IMG/VR virus record: IMGVR_UViG_3300009149_000040 | Span: 1-55,008 of that record | DNA length: 55,008 nt | Direction: 5' to 3' (one strand) | Source of the DNA: a virus | Taxonomy: Duplodnaviria; Caudoviricetes | Shown here: piece after piece, positions 8,289 through 16,782 of the stretch | How the letters are laid out: each line of letters opens with the position of its first letter | Position numbering within the stretch: the stretch's first letter is position 1 | Program-made: the position numbers and the translations under genes | The notes under the pieces: model-generated | Database searches by the model: none | What the model saw: only the letters and a program-made list of their open reading frames with translations | Told to the model about the DNA's origin: nothing

Positions 8289-8918
8289 ATGGCCCATCAA
8301 GAAAATGATCCAGGAAAACTTAGGAAGATAGCAAAATCTCTCGCAAACTCGTCCCATGAAGCACAGTTTGTACTAGGGGATACGTTATCGGTAATACACT
8401 CCACTAGATGCTTTAGGGAGTGGGGCTTCCATACGTGGAAAGATTACGTGGAGATCGAACTTCATGTTAACTCCAGTGCGTCCTACGAGTTGCTAAAGAT
8501 CTCACGATGGACACAGCTAGAGGGTCTTACCTTGAAGCAACGACGCAGCCTAGCTGAAGTTGGGCGCACAAAGGCTTACTGTATAGCTCACCTAGCTACC
8601 AAGGAGTCTTTGCAAACCTGGATAGATGTTGCAAAGAATGAAACCTGTGAGCGTATGCGTATGCGCCTGTTTGATGACTCCCCGACAGAGGCACCAAAAA
8701 CAGTATCTTATTGGCTGTATGGAGCGGAACGTAAAACCGTCCAAGAGGCACAGAAGCTTATGCTGCGCAAGGTAGGTAATAACCCTCGTGCAGGGGAGCT
8801 ACTGTACTGGATATGCAACAGCTATATAGCCTTAGAACACCAGCAAAGTAAAGACAAGCAAGCCAGAAAGAAGCTTGCTGCTAAGAAAAAGTCAAGAAGC
8901 AAAGCTAAGGCTGTCTAG
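8289..8918 (+). CDS. DUF3102-like DNA-binding protein
   Basis: LGDTL...WGFHTWKDYVEIELHVNSSASYELLKI pattern. Confidence 0.5.
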   Translation: MAHQENDPGKLRKIAKSLANSSHEAQFVLGDTLSVIHSTRCFREWGFHTWKDYVEIELHVNSSASYELLKISRWTQLEGLTLKQRRSLAEVGRTKAYCIAHLATKESLQTWIDVAKNETCERMRMRLFDDSPTEAPKTVSYWLYGAERKTVQEAQKLMLRKVGNNPRAGELLYWICNSYIALEHQQSKDKQARKKLAAKKKSRSKAKAV

Positions 8919-9139
8919 CATGCAATCAAGCAAGCAATCAAAGTCTAGACATATGATATAGACTGTACATGGTATTTTTAATGGCCATGTTACTTTCTGT
9001 ATAGCTTACGGCAACTTATCTTCAATCAATCATATATCATTCTATAGCATGCTATGATTTGATTGATAGAAAGTCTAGACTTTGATTGCATCTTGATTGA
9101 ATCTTGACTGCATAAATCAAGCAATACGAACAGGTAACT
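8919..9139. repeat. non-coding region with inverted repeats, palindromes and 11-nt tandem repeats
   Basis: gcaatcaaagtctagac 8934-8950 is inverted at 9073-9089; ttgattgcatc ttgattgaatc ttgactgcat. Confidence 0.65.
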
Positions 9140-9481
9140 ATGACAAGAAGAGACGCTCTAGCATTACTAGGAAAGCTGCGAGAAGTTGTGGAGCATCCAA
9201 ACACGGAGGCCCAAGAACGTGATGCAGCCTTAGTACGGATACGACAACTGCGCAAGAAGCATAAGATTGGGCATATAGAGACATCCCCTCCTAGAAGCCG
9301 TGGGCGTCCAAAGAAAGATCCTCTGCAGCTAAGGGACAAGATACTTCGCTTCTTGGTTAATGCAGATGAGTACACCCGCATTGTAGACAAAGCTAAGAGA
9401 CGCCGGATGTCTGTATCTGCTTATCTAAGACTTTGTGCGCTGGAAGGCAAACCTAAAGGTCTCACAAAGAAAGACAACTAA
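9140..9481 (+). CDS. DUF2786-like + AT-hook + ribbon-helix-helix (MobC/CopG-like) regulator
   Basis: SRGRPKK; RDKILRFLVNADEY...MSVSAYLRLCAL. Confidence 0.6.
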   Translation: MTRRDALALLGKLREVVEHPNTEAQERDAALVRIRQLRKKHKIGHIETSPPRSRGRPKKDPLQLRDKILRFLVNADEYTRIVDKAKRRRMSVSAYLRLCALEGKPKGLTKKDN

Positions 9482-9862
9482 GTGGAAGACGACCGTCGTG
9501 TGAAAGAGGCTTCCTTCTTACAGTTAGCTAAAGGTTTGGCTGAAAAAGAAGAAACAATCTTTAAGCTACTTCCATGTCCTGAGTGTGGCTGTGCCCCTAC
9601 TGCTGCAGGAGATAACACGATTAAATGTGGAAATCCAGAGTGTATGCTATCAGAATCACAGTTTTCTGTAGGCACATGGAACAACGAAGTAAGATCATCG
9701 GCGCAAACACTAAAAAGAGAGATACAGCGAGCAAAGCCCTTACGCACGAAGGTATCGATGCCCACTTGTAAAGTTGTAGAAGCCGTAGAAAAACTAGAAC
9801 CGGATGCGGACATAGAATGGTGGCTACGTGTGGCAGAGATTGTTGCAGAAGATGACGAATAG
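9482..9862 (+). CDS. Lar-like Zn-ribbon protein with C-terminal WxxR motif
   Basis: LLPCPECG...CGNPEC...TWN; IEWWLRVAEIV. Confidence 0.55.
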   Translation: MEDDRRVKEASFLQLAKGLAEKEETIFKLLPCPECGCAPTAAGDNTIKCGNPECMLSESQFSVGTWNNEVRSSAQTLKREIQRAKPLRTKVSMPTCKVVEAVEKLEPDADIEWWLRVAEIVAEDDE

Positions 9863-9916
9863 AGTTGTCTTCCTACGTACAGTGGTTATATTAGATTTAG
9901 GCAACCGATTAAAAAT

Positions 9917-10336
9917 GTGAGGTCTCTAATGACTAGAGGAGCTGTTATGTCAGACGACAAAGCGGAAGAAAAAAAGAAAGTAATCTCTAATAAAGAGATA
10001 AACGAAAAGCTAGATGCTGCAGAAGAACTTATTGAAAAGATCTCTAGATCATTTCTGCGTTCAGTTACTTCACAAATAAAGAGTGAGAGTAGACGGGAAA
10101 CAATCTCAAGGTTGTTCAAGACTGGGGTTAGGGCTATGGGAGTCATCGAGACTATGAACGTAGCTCGTCGTACTTCTGGGCCTAAAGAGCTTGTGTACAT
10201 CCTGTCACAAGCGGTAGAGCGGATGGCAATGTCTACGGAGGTCCTAGGACTCATGGAAGAGTTTATGGAGTTCCTGGAGATGAAACGCGCTCAGAAAGAA
10301 CTTGGTAAGAAGTTCGATACTAAGATGGCAAACTAA
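9917..10336 (+). CDS. hypothetical helical protein (likely start at ATG 9947)
   Basis: RBS gaggag ahead of MSDDK. Confidence 0.6.
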   Translation: MRSLMTRGAVMSDDKAEEKKKVISNKEINEKLDAAEELIEKISRSFLRSVTSQIKSESRRETISRLFKTGVRAMGVIETMNVARRTSGPKELVYILSQAVERMAMSTEVLGLMEEFMEFLEMKRAQKELGKKFDTKMAN

Positions 10337-10880
10337 TGTGTACAAGTTGCCTAAAAGTAGATACATAACACCCGGAACGTATTCTGGATACATAACTACA
10401 CGTGGAAAAACTTCCGCTACAGTAGAAGATGAGTGGGAACGTAGAGTATCACTTGTAGTACAGGAACCGGGAAATGCAGTTTCTAAAGGACTTGCTGAAG
10501 TAAGTTTAGGGGTTCCGTTTGATCCAAACAACCTTCAGTCTTTTCTGGACCGACTTAAAGGTCTACCATCTAGCATAGAGTACTACGCGCAAACATTTAC
10601 CAGGGCAAGTCCAGAACCTCTGTATTCAACAAGAAGTAACGTTACCGGTTTAGCTACTGAATACATATCAGGTGCACCAGATCCAACAGTTCTTACTACT
10701 ATTATACGTTGCTATGTGTGTAGACAGAGAGTAGAACTAAGAATTAACGTCGATTGGCTCAAGCCTACTGGGTACTCTTTGTACACGTTTTTTAAAGAGA
10801 TGCTAGGCCCTAAAGGATGTCCTAACTGTAGAGGTGGGAACGCAGGTACCGCAATAACGTCTGTTAAAATACTGTATTGA
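10302..10880 (+). CDS. Zn-finger protein with WxxR motif
   Basis: CYVC...CPNC; DEWERRVSLVV. Confidence 0.6.
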   Translation: MVRSSILRWQTNVYKLPKSRYITPGTYSGYITTRGKTSATVEDEWERRVSLVVQEPGNAVSKGLAEVSLGVPFDPNNLQSFLDRLKGLPSSIEYYAQTFTRASPEPLYSTRSNVTGLATEYISGAPDPTVLTTIIRCYVCRQRVELRINVDWLKPTGYSLYTFFKEMLGPKGCPNCRGGNAGTAITSVKILY

Positions 10881-11155
10881 TTGCGAAAACAAGCAGGAAG
10901 CACATGAGCCAAACAGAATGGCAACGACGAATACTACTGGTCACCGGTAGAGAAGAAGAGGTTGAGTCTCCTAAGAAGGACGACATCCCAGAGTTGTCTT
11001 CTGAAGATACTATAGATATATATCGACAGCTGTTTGGATTATCAAATGAGGGACTCATCAGTAAAAACTATGTATTAAAAATGATTTATGGGAAATCTGC
11101 AAAAGAGATAACAAAAAAAGAAGAACTTATTATGACTATGCTACCTAGATGGTGA
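10877..11155 (+). CDS. small protein with N-terminal WxxR motif
   Basis: TEWQRRILLV. Confidence 0.55.
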   Translation: MIAKTSRKHMSQTEWQRRILLVTGREEEVESPKKDDIPELSSEDTIDIYRQLFGLSNEGLISKNYVLKMIYGKSAKEITKKEELIMTMLPRW

Positions 11156-11412
11156 AAAACCAACCTCGAAGCAAGAGGAGTTGTTCTAGCGGCTACGTAT
11201 ACCTAAAACAGTTTCTATTCTTAGTATCTTCACTTACCACAGCCTATACCCTCGGAATGCTACTCGGATTTGTAGCATTTTTCTACACAGCTACTAAATT
11301 CAAAATATCATTTTGGTTTTTTCCAAAATGGTGGCTTGTAACTGTAATAAGTGTACATGCTATGTCCATAGTAGTGATGTACGTGGTGAAACCAAAAGAC
11401 AAGAAGGTATAG
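11149..11412 (+). CDS. small membrane protein
   Basis: two hydrophobic segments. Confidence 0.5.
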   Translation: MVKNQPRSKRSCSSGYVYLKQFLFLVSSLTTAYTLGMLLGFVAFFYTATKFKISFWFFPKWWLVTVISVHAMSIVVMYVVKPKDKKV

Positions 11413-11419
11413 AATAGTT

Positions 11420-11815
11420 ATGCAGACTACAAAAAAAGACACAGAAGTAATAGAGGGAGAGGATCTAAACGAGCCCCTAAGTGTTGGATTTCTAAGACTT
11501 ATACACAAAGCGGCTGTTGACAGTTCGTTAATCAAACTAGCACTTAAAGAGATGCATCCTGGTGTTAAAGAGATGCTCTCAAAACAAGGTGACCAATTTC
11601 TACTAGGGTTTGTAAATTGCGCTCAATATTTACATGACACTGCAACGGTTCTTCTTGTAGACCCAATTTCAAATAAGTATAAACCAAACGAAGAACTAAG
11701 CAAGATAGACTCCCAGACTATCCGACTCGTTTCTATCATAGATGCTTCAGCATACTACTGTGTGCAGTTGTTGGCAGATCGCGGGTATCTTACCATAGAT
11801 GACGAGACAAACTAG
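11420..11815 (+). CDS. hypothetical protein, paralog family A
   Basis: EMLSKQGDQFLLGF...RGYLTIDDE. Confidence 0.6.
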   Translation: MQTTKKDTEVIEGEDLNEPLSVGFLRLIHKAAVDSSLIKLALKEMHPGVKEMLSKQGDQFLLGFVNCAQYLHDTATVLLVDPISNKYKPNEELSKIDSQTIRLVSIIDASAYYCVQLLADRGYLTIDDETN

Positions 11816-11853
11816 TTTATATTCTTGTACATACTGTAAACTAGGGGTAAGTC

Positions 11854-12060
11854 ATGTATAATGATGACGAAATTGTTGAACTGGACGACGTAGAAGCGAT
11901 AGATGAAACGGACGAGAAACTGATGTGTCTTATTGGAGAAGTAGAAGTATGGATACCAAGAGACCACATCCTTATCTACTCAGAAGTATTGGAGCAAGGT
12001 GATGTTGGGGTGTTAGCACTTCCGAGATGGGTAGTAGACGAACTAGGATTGGTGGTGTAG
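11854..12060 (+). CDS. small acidic beta-rich protein
   Basis: ETDEKL...EVWIPR...LPRWVV. Confidence 0.6.
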   Translation: MYNDDEIVELDDVEAIDETDEKLMCLIGEVEVWIPRDHILIYSEVLEQGDVGVLALPRWVVDELGLVV

Positions 12061-12062
12061 AC

Positions 12063-12596
12063 GTGGGAATAGTACTTGGTATAGACACAGGCTTCAGCAC
12101 GATGGGGCTGTCCCTAGTAGAGCTTACAGCAACAGTAGAGAGGGTACTTGGAGTTCGCACCCTTGTAACTAAGAAGAGTGCCAAGAAGGCCGGTGTGCGT
12201 GCGTCAGACGATAACGTACGAAGGGCCAGAGAGCTTGCATCAGAGCTACGAAAGCGGTTAGAAAAATATGATGTCAAAGCGCTCTGTATGGAATCTCAAT
12301 CCTGGCCACGTAATGCAAGTTCCTCAGCTAAGATAGGAATTAGTTGGGGAATTATAGCTGCAGTTGCTGAGAGTAAAGATCTTCCTATTCTGCAGGCATC
12401 TCCACAAGCAATTAAAAAAGCGCTTGTTGGGGCTAACAACGCCAGTAAAGAAGAAGTTATCGCCGCAATTAGGAAACGATTTCCAGAAATAAAATGGCCT
12501 AATGCAAAAGGTTTGCATGAACATATTGCAGACGCTACTGGAGCAGTAGTTGCCTGTATGGATAGCGAAGTTATAAAGATGGTACGTCAAGTATAG
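12063..12596 (+). CDS. ruvC: RuvC-like Holliday junction resolvase
   Basis: VLGIDTG, MESQ, PQAIKKAL.G..NASKEEV, EHIADA catalytic motifs; GTG start at 12063 preferred. Confidence 0.88.
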   Translation: MGIVLGIDTGFSTMGLSLVELTATVERVLGVRTLVTKKSAKKAGVRASDDNVRRARELASELRKRLEKYDVKALCMESQSWPRNASSSAKIGISWGIIAAVAESKDLPILQASPQAIKKALVGANNASKEEVIAAIRKRFPEIKWPNAKGLHEHIADATGAVVACMDSEVIKMVRQV

Positions 12597-12599
12597 GTC

Positions 12600-12627
12600 T
12601 TGACCTTTTACCAACACGACATATATT
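12600..12627 (+). promoter_or_regulatory. sigma70-type promoter TTGACC-N16-TATATT
   Basis: intergenic near-consensus hexamers. Confidence 0.4.
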
Positions 12628-13008
12628 TTGAATGAGAGGTTGCCAGTGTTCAAACCGATGAAAGAAGGGGCTGTTGAACGTATCGTTGCAGACCTAGAAA
12701 ATGATGCATTTGTAAAAGAAAGTATACAGGTGGTACCAGATGAAATACTAACTATACTTTCCGAAGCAAATGATGATTTCTTACAGGGCTACCTAGCTGG
12801 AATGTCGTACAACATGAATGCTACCAGTAGGGTACACAAAGCAATGGCGGAACAAGACGTTGTTGCAGCTATGCAACTAAAACAGTTTGGAAATACAATC
12901 ATTTATTTATTGAGCAAACGGATTATGGATCCACAATTTGATTTTAAAACTCTAAAAAAAGATGTACAACCTGAACAAAGTAGGCTCATCATACCGGGGA
13001 ACAAATGA
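12628..13008 (+). CDS. hypothetical protein, paralog family A
   Basis: TILSEANDDFLQGY. Confidence 0.6.
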   Translation: MNERLPVFKPMKEGAVERIVADLENDAFVKESIQVVPDEILTILSEANDDFLQGYLAGMSYNMNATSRVHKAMAEQDVVAAMQLKQFGNTIIYLLSKRIMDPQFDFKTLKKDVQPEQSRLIIPGNK

Positions 13009-13388
13009 TAATGGCAAACCGACCAAACGAAGTCCTGCACAATTATATTGTATCTGTAGCAACTAGTCCACTAGACGATCTTACGAAGGAAGGGATAAAC
13101 AACGTCCCAGAGGATATTACAAAAACTATTGAAGAAAAAGGGTCTACTTATCTTTCTGGATTTGCAGTAGCCTTTCATGTGGCTTACCAACTATTAGACG
13201 GGCTTACAATAAATCCTCTATCAGTTGAACTTGGGAAAGTAGTGGACAATAAAATTGTACACACAGTAATGAATAACATCATTCGTACATCTGCTATCTT
13301 CAAAGCAATTGAGTACGTAACATGCAGAACTCTTTTTGAAAGAGGGTATACTATAGAGGAAGATCAAAATAGAAGATTGTTACACTAA
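13005..13388 (+). CDS. hypothetical protein, paralog family A
   Basis: KTIEEKGSTYLSGF...RGYTIEED. Confidence 0.6.
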   Translation: MIMANRPNEVLHNYIVSVATSPLDDLTKEGINNVPEDITKTIEEKGSTYLSGFAVAFHVAYQLLDGLTINPLSVELGKVVDNKIVHTVMNNIIRTSAIFKAIEYVTCRTLFERGYTIEEDQNRRLLH

Positions 13389-13401
13389 GGATATAACAGC
13401 T

Positions 13402-13614
13402 ATGTCTGAAGAACTACATGAGTTACTCGTTACGCGTAATGAAAAAGACGTGTATGAAGCCTTTAAGAAAAGTCCTAATGCTGTACTTGTATCTGTGCAG
13501 ATTAGAGATGAACAGATAGAACATTTGGGTAGCGGACTAAACAAGAGGTCTAGAAGGTTGATTCCTTTTACGCTACTCGCTAGAATGCTAAAAGAGTACG
13601 ATGCTTCTTTGTAA
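13402..13614 (+). CDS. small hypothetical protein
   Basis: RBS aagga, 70 aa. Confidence 0.55.
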   Translation: MSEELHELLVTRNEKDVYEAFKKSPNAVLVSVQIRDEQIEHLGSGLNKRSRRLIPFTLLARMLKEYDASL

Positions 13615-13963
13615 AACCTGCGGATATCCTATAAGCTACAGTGGAGAACCTTCCTCTGGTACTGTACGTTGTACTGCTCCTGGATGTAAAGTAAGCTGTA
13701 TGTTCTATGGAAAAGATGTTGATGCACGCACAAGTCAATTTGTTAGAGAAAACTGCGTAAAGTTTGACGTAGAAGACGCCTTAGATCGTACAGGTAGGAT
13801 AGAAGAATTACTTTGGTGGATAGCTGCCAGAAAATCTATACTTGAAAGTGGAATGTGCGATGGTGTTGGTGGACCTCAGCTAAAGGGGATTTCTTTAGCA
13901 ATCGACGAGGTAGTAGCGGTTAAAGCGCACGTAATAATGAAAACTCTTACAAGAGAGAAGTAG
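13601..13963 (+). CDS. Zn-finger protein
   Basis: CKTC...CTAPGC. Confidence 0.55.
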   Translation: MLLCKTCGYPISYSGEPSSGTVRCTAPGCKVSCMFYGKDVDARTSQFVRENCVKFDVEDALDRTGRIEELLWWIAARKSILESGMCDGVGGPQLKGISLAIDEVVAVKAHVIMKTLTREK

Positions 13964-13967
13964 AACT

Positions 13968-14369
13968 ATGTTTAGAAGTATAGTGAAGTTTTTATACCAT
14001 GGGTTCTTTCCGGAAACCGAAACTGAGACTGTTGACCAACAAGGAAACACAACTCAGTTTACTGTTTTACGTAAAGATATCACGCAAGTAACTTTGGTTT
14101 TGGAAAACGAAGTGGCAGGCATCCTAGAAGGTCTAGCGGCGGATATGCAGACCAACGTGCACGATGTGCTAATACGAATGATCAAGATAGCAAATATCAT
14201 CCGAACAGAAAAGCTATATGGTATCCCTTCTGTTAGTGGTAACTATCTTGGAGTCAGCAATCACAAAACAAACGAATTCTTGCGTATAAATTTGGACTGT
14301 CCTACTAAAGGGATGGAGCCCAAAGAAGAATTACCTAAAAAAATCGATACAAAGAAATGGACAAATTAA
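13968..14369 (+). CDS. hypothetical protein, possible RHH
   Basis: strand-helix-helix pattern QVTLVLENEVAGILEGLA...VHDVLIRMI. Confidence 0.5.
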   Translation: MFRSIVKFLYHGFFPETETETVDQQGNTTQFTVLRKDITQVTLVLENEVAGILEGLAADMQTNVHDVLIRMIKIANIIRTEKLYGIPSVSGNYLGVSNHKTNEFLRINLDCPTKGMEPKEELPKKIDTKKWTN

Positions 14370-14505
14370 GGTATTGACATAGGTATTACTGTACTATTTC
14401 ATGCGGTTGCACCAATCTACAAAATAACTTTCCTAGTGCAAATCAGTCTGCTATATACACAGTGTTACCGATATTATTTTGGAAGGAAAATTTTAGAGGT
14501 GTACT

Positions 14506-15063
14506 ATGCTAGATTATCCTACGCTACTACTGAACATTGGCTATGAACCTATACGTCTAGTCGACTGGAGAGATGCGATCACCAAGTGGTTCCTTGGTAA
14601 AGTGGACCTAATAGAGGTCTACCCAGATAGACCACTAAGATCAAAATACATAGATATGAACATCCCTGCAGTTGTACGTATTAAATACGGTTACCATAAG
14701 TACTGTACTGATGTGTCCTTTGACAGATACCATGTCTACGCACGCGATGTTTGGCGCTGTCAGTATTGCGGAAACAAGTTTTCCGAGAACCATCTTACGT
14801 ACGACCATGTTATACCTAAGAGTCGTGGTGGTAAGCGCGATTGGCTGAATATAGTTACTGCATGCTCATCGTGTAATAACAAAAAAGCTGATAGGACTCC
14901 AGAAGAGGCAGATATGCCACTGATAAGGAAACCTACCAGGCCAAGATGGATGCCTAACATCTTGGTAGAGGCTATTCGCAAAAGTAGTTCGATTCCAGAT
15001 CAATGGGCCACGTATGTTGATTGGATCGAACGCGCTGCCCCAAACACCACTCCAATCTTGTAA
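14506..15063 (+). CDS. HNH endonuclease (McrA-like)
   Basis: ARD..RCQYCG, LTYDHVIPKSRGG, WLNIVTACSSCNNKK. Confidence 0.9.
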   Translation: MLDYPTLLLNIGYEPIRLVDWRDAITKWFLGKVDLIEVYPDRPLRSKYIDMNIPAVVRIKYGYHKYCTDVSFDRYHVYARDVWRCQYCGNKFSENHLTYDHVIPKSRGGKRDWLNIVTACSSCNNKKADRTPEEADMPLIRKPTRPRWMPNILVEAIRKSSSIPDQWATYVDWIERAAPNTTPIL

Positions 15064-15162
15064 ACACACTTACATAAGTTGTTCTTCTACTGTACTCTAT
15101 AGAGAGACAGTATAACTTATTAGGTATCTCGTAAACTGTGGTAACCATAATAGGAAAGTTAA

Positions 15163-15498
15163 ATGCTTACTAGTTCTTCCGACCCGAAGCAGCATGAGGA
15201 TTTCATTGCAAAGTTCAAAGAACGCCTGTTCGATGTAGTAGAAAGTAATCCAAAGCTGGATTCTCTTATCGAAAACTTAGAAGAGGCTCTCAAGGAAAGT
15301 ATACCTGTAGATCTACATGCATCAGTGGCAGCTGCAGCGTTTAACTACGCATTGGATGTTACATTACAACAGGCTATTCCTGTGTTCCTTACGCTTCTAG
15401 TAGAAGAGGATATGGATTTCGTTAAAGAACTTTCCAACATTCTAGAAGTTAACTGGGTGGATACCTACAAACTTATGCGTAGAGAGTCTTTAAATTAG
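15163..15498 (+). CDS. hypothetical helical protein
   Basis: RBS agga, 111 aa. Confidence 0.6.
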   Translation: MLTSSSDPKQHEDFIAKFKERLFDVVESNPKLDSLIENLEEALKESIPVDLHASVAAAAFNYALDVTLQQAIPVFLTLLVEEDMDFVKELSNILEVNWVDTYKLMRRESLN

Positions 15499-15566
15499 TA
15501 CACCCTCTTGACTTACTCCGTAATCGTTATTATGTTTTGGATGAGACGGAAACAACGGAGGATTAA

Positions 15567-15782
15567 ATGTCAAAAGAAGCTCTCGCATACTACAACAAAT
15601 GTCCAGAATGCAACCAAGATCGAAGCCTGGTAGAATACGACTATGTAGATATGGTAAAGAAGGAACTAGGTTGTGGCGTGAAATGTGAGTCCTGCAAATC
15701 TCGTTGGAAGACTGCAAAGATTCTAGCATCTGCGCAGAGGAAATCCAAGCTGACTAGATCACACTTGGCCTTAGTGGATTAA
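15567..15782 (+). CDS. Zn-ribbon protein
   Basis: CPEC...CESC, RBS ggagg, upstream TTGACT-N17-TATGTT. Confidence 0.6.
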   Translation: MSKEALAYYNKCPECNQDRSLVEYDYVDMVKKELGCGVKCESCKSRWKTAKILASAQRKSKLTRSHLALVD

Positions 15783-16063
15783 CTTTCATCAGAACTGTCG
15801 GGTACTTCGGGAACCACTTCAGCAACTAAGACTACTTCTACCCAATCACCATCAGCTGCCCTGCCGAATCTCTCGTCACGTTTAACTTTACGTACTGCTC
15901 CACACTTCAAGCATACCTGTTCAGTGCTACTGTTACGAAAACGGTAGCTAGTGTGCTTGCAGATTTTATGTTGCTCTATACGTTGCGCGTTTAGCGTGGT
16001 GCGGGCGTTCTTCATTGAACGCTTACGTTTACGTCTTCTTGAAGGGGGAGGTAGTGTTCCCAT
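15779..16063 (-). CDS. basic Zn-finger protein
   Basis: CKH...CLKC, Arg/Lys-rich N-terminus. Confidence 0.55.
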   Translation of the reverse strand: MGTLPPPSRRRKRKRSMKNARTTLNAQRIEQHKICKHTSYRFRNSSTEQVCLKCGAVRKVKRDERFGRAADGDWVEVVLVAEVVPEVPDSSDES

Positions 16064-16068
16064 GATAA

Positions 16069-16776
16069 CTACTTTGTAGGAATCAAAAAGAACTCTTTAA
16101 GAACCGCACGTGCGTCATCCAGATATTCTCTAGTACTCGGATTATGGTTAAAGAAGGCTTTCATAACACTACGTGCTTTCAAAGAGTAGTCTTCTCTAGA
16201 CAGCATGCCTCTTGATAAACGAATCCTCAGTAACAAAGAAGTTATCAGCATTACATCGGTAGCTAGATTGCCCTCTATCCCTTGGAAATCTCCACTGCTA
16301 AACTGAGAACTTACTTGGTTAGCTGCTGGTCTTTGAGGAAGTCCTACCATTTGGATATAAGAACTCAGACTTGAAGATGGCACAACTCCATAGCTAGACA
16401 GCCAATCAGACACGTCTAAGTGCGCTGTAGGGGATAGTGGTGCATCATCTACTTCTCCTAGGTAGGAAGAAGCGTCCACACCGTACCTGAGTGCTCTATA
16501 GACCATTACAGGGAATGTAAACGACCTTCCACGAAAGGTAACCAGAGTAGTTGGCAGTTTCAGCTCAGAAAATAGAAAATTTACCAGTACTTCTTCCTCT
16601 TTCAAGGAAGATATAGTCTTTTGTGTGATTATTGTTGTATCATCTATGAGTTTCAAAATAACCACAGATACAGGTACATGTTCTACAAGGGGAGGAAATC
16701 CAGTACCTCTATAGTTGGGGGATACAGTTGCAATGTGTACTACAGTGTGTTGTAAACTAGAACTGGTTTTAGACAT
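16069..16776 (-). CDS. PolB-type 3'-5' exonuclease homologue, apparently catalytically degenerate
   Basis: LVTFRGRSFTFP..YRAL, HLDVSD, ATDV match the family scaffold; DIET is replaced by HIAT. Confidence 0.6.
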   Translation of the reverse strand: MSKTSSSLQHTVVHIATVSPNYRGTGFPPLVEHVPVSVVILKLIDDTTIITQKTISSLKEEEVLVNFLFSELKLPTTLVTFRGRSFTFPVMVYRALRYGVDASSYLGEVDDAPLSPTAHLDVSDWLSSYGVVPSSSLSSYIQMVGLPQRPAANQVSSQFSSGDFQGIEGNLATDVMLITSLLLRIRLSRGMLSREDYSLKARSVMKAFFNHNPSTREYLDDARAVLKEFFLIPTK

Positions 16777-16782
16777 GTATAG

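Noticed and set aside
14506-15063. HNH as an intron/intein homing element or as the nuclease of the pentamer-array system
   Set aside because: Free-standing, interrupts no gene, and lies 7.5 kb from the RAMP locus with no linking evidence
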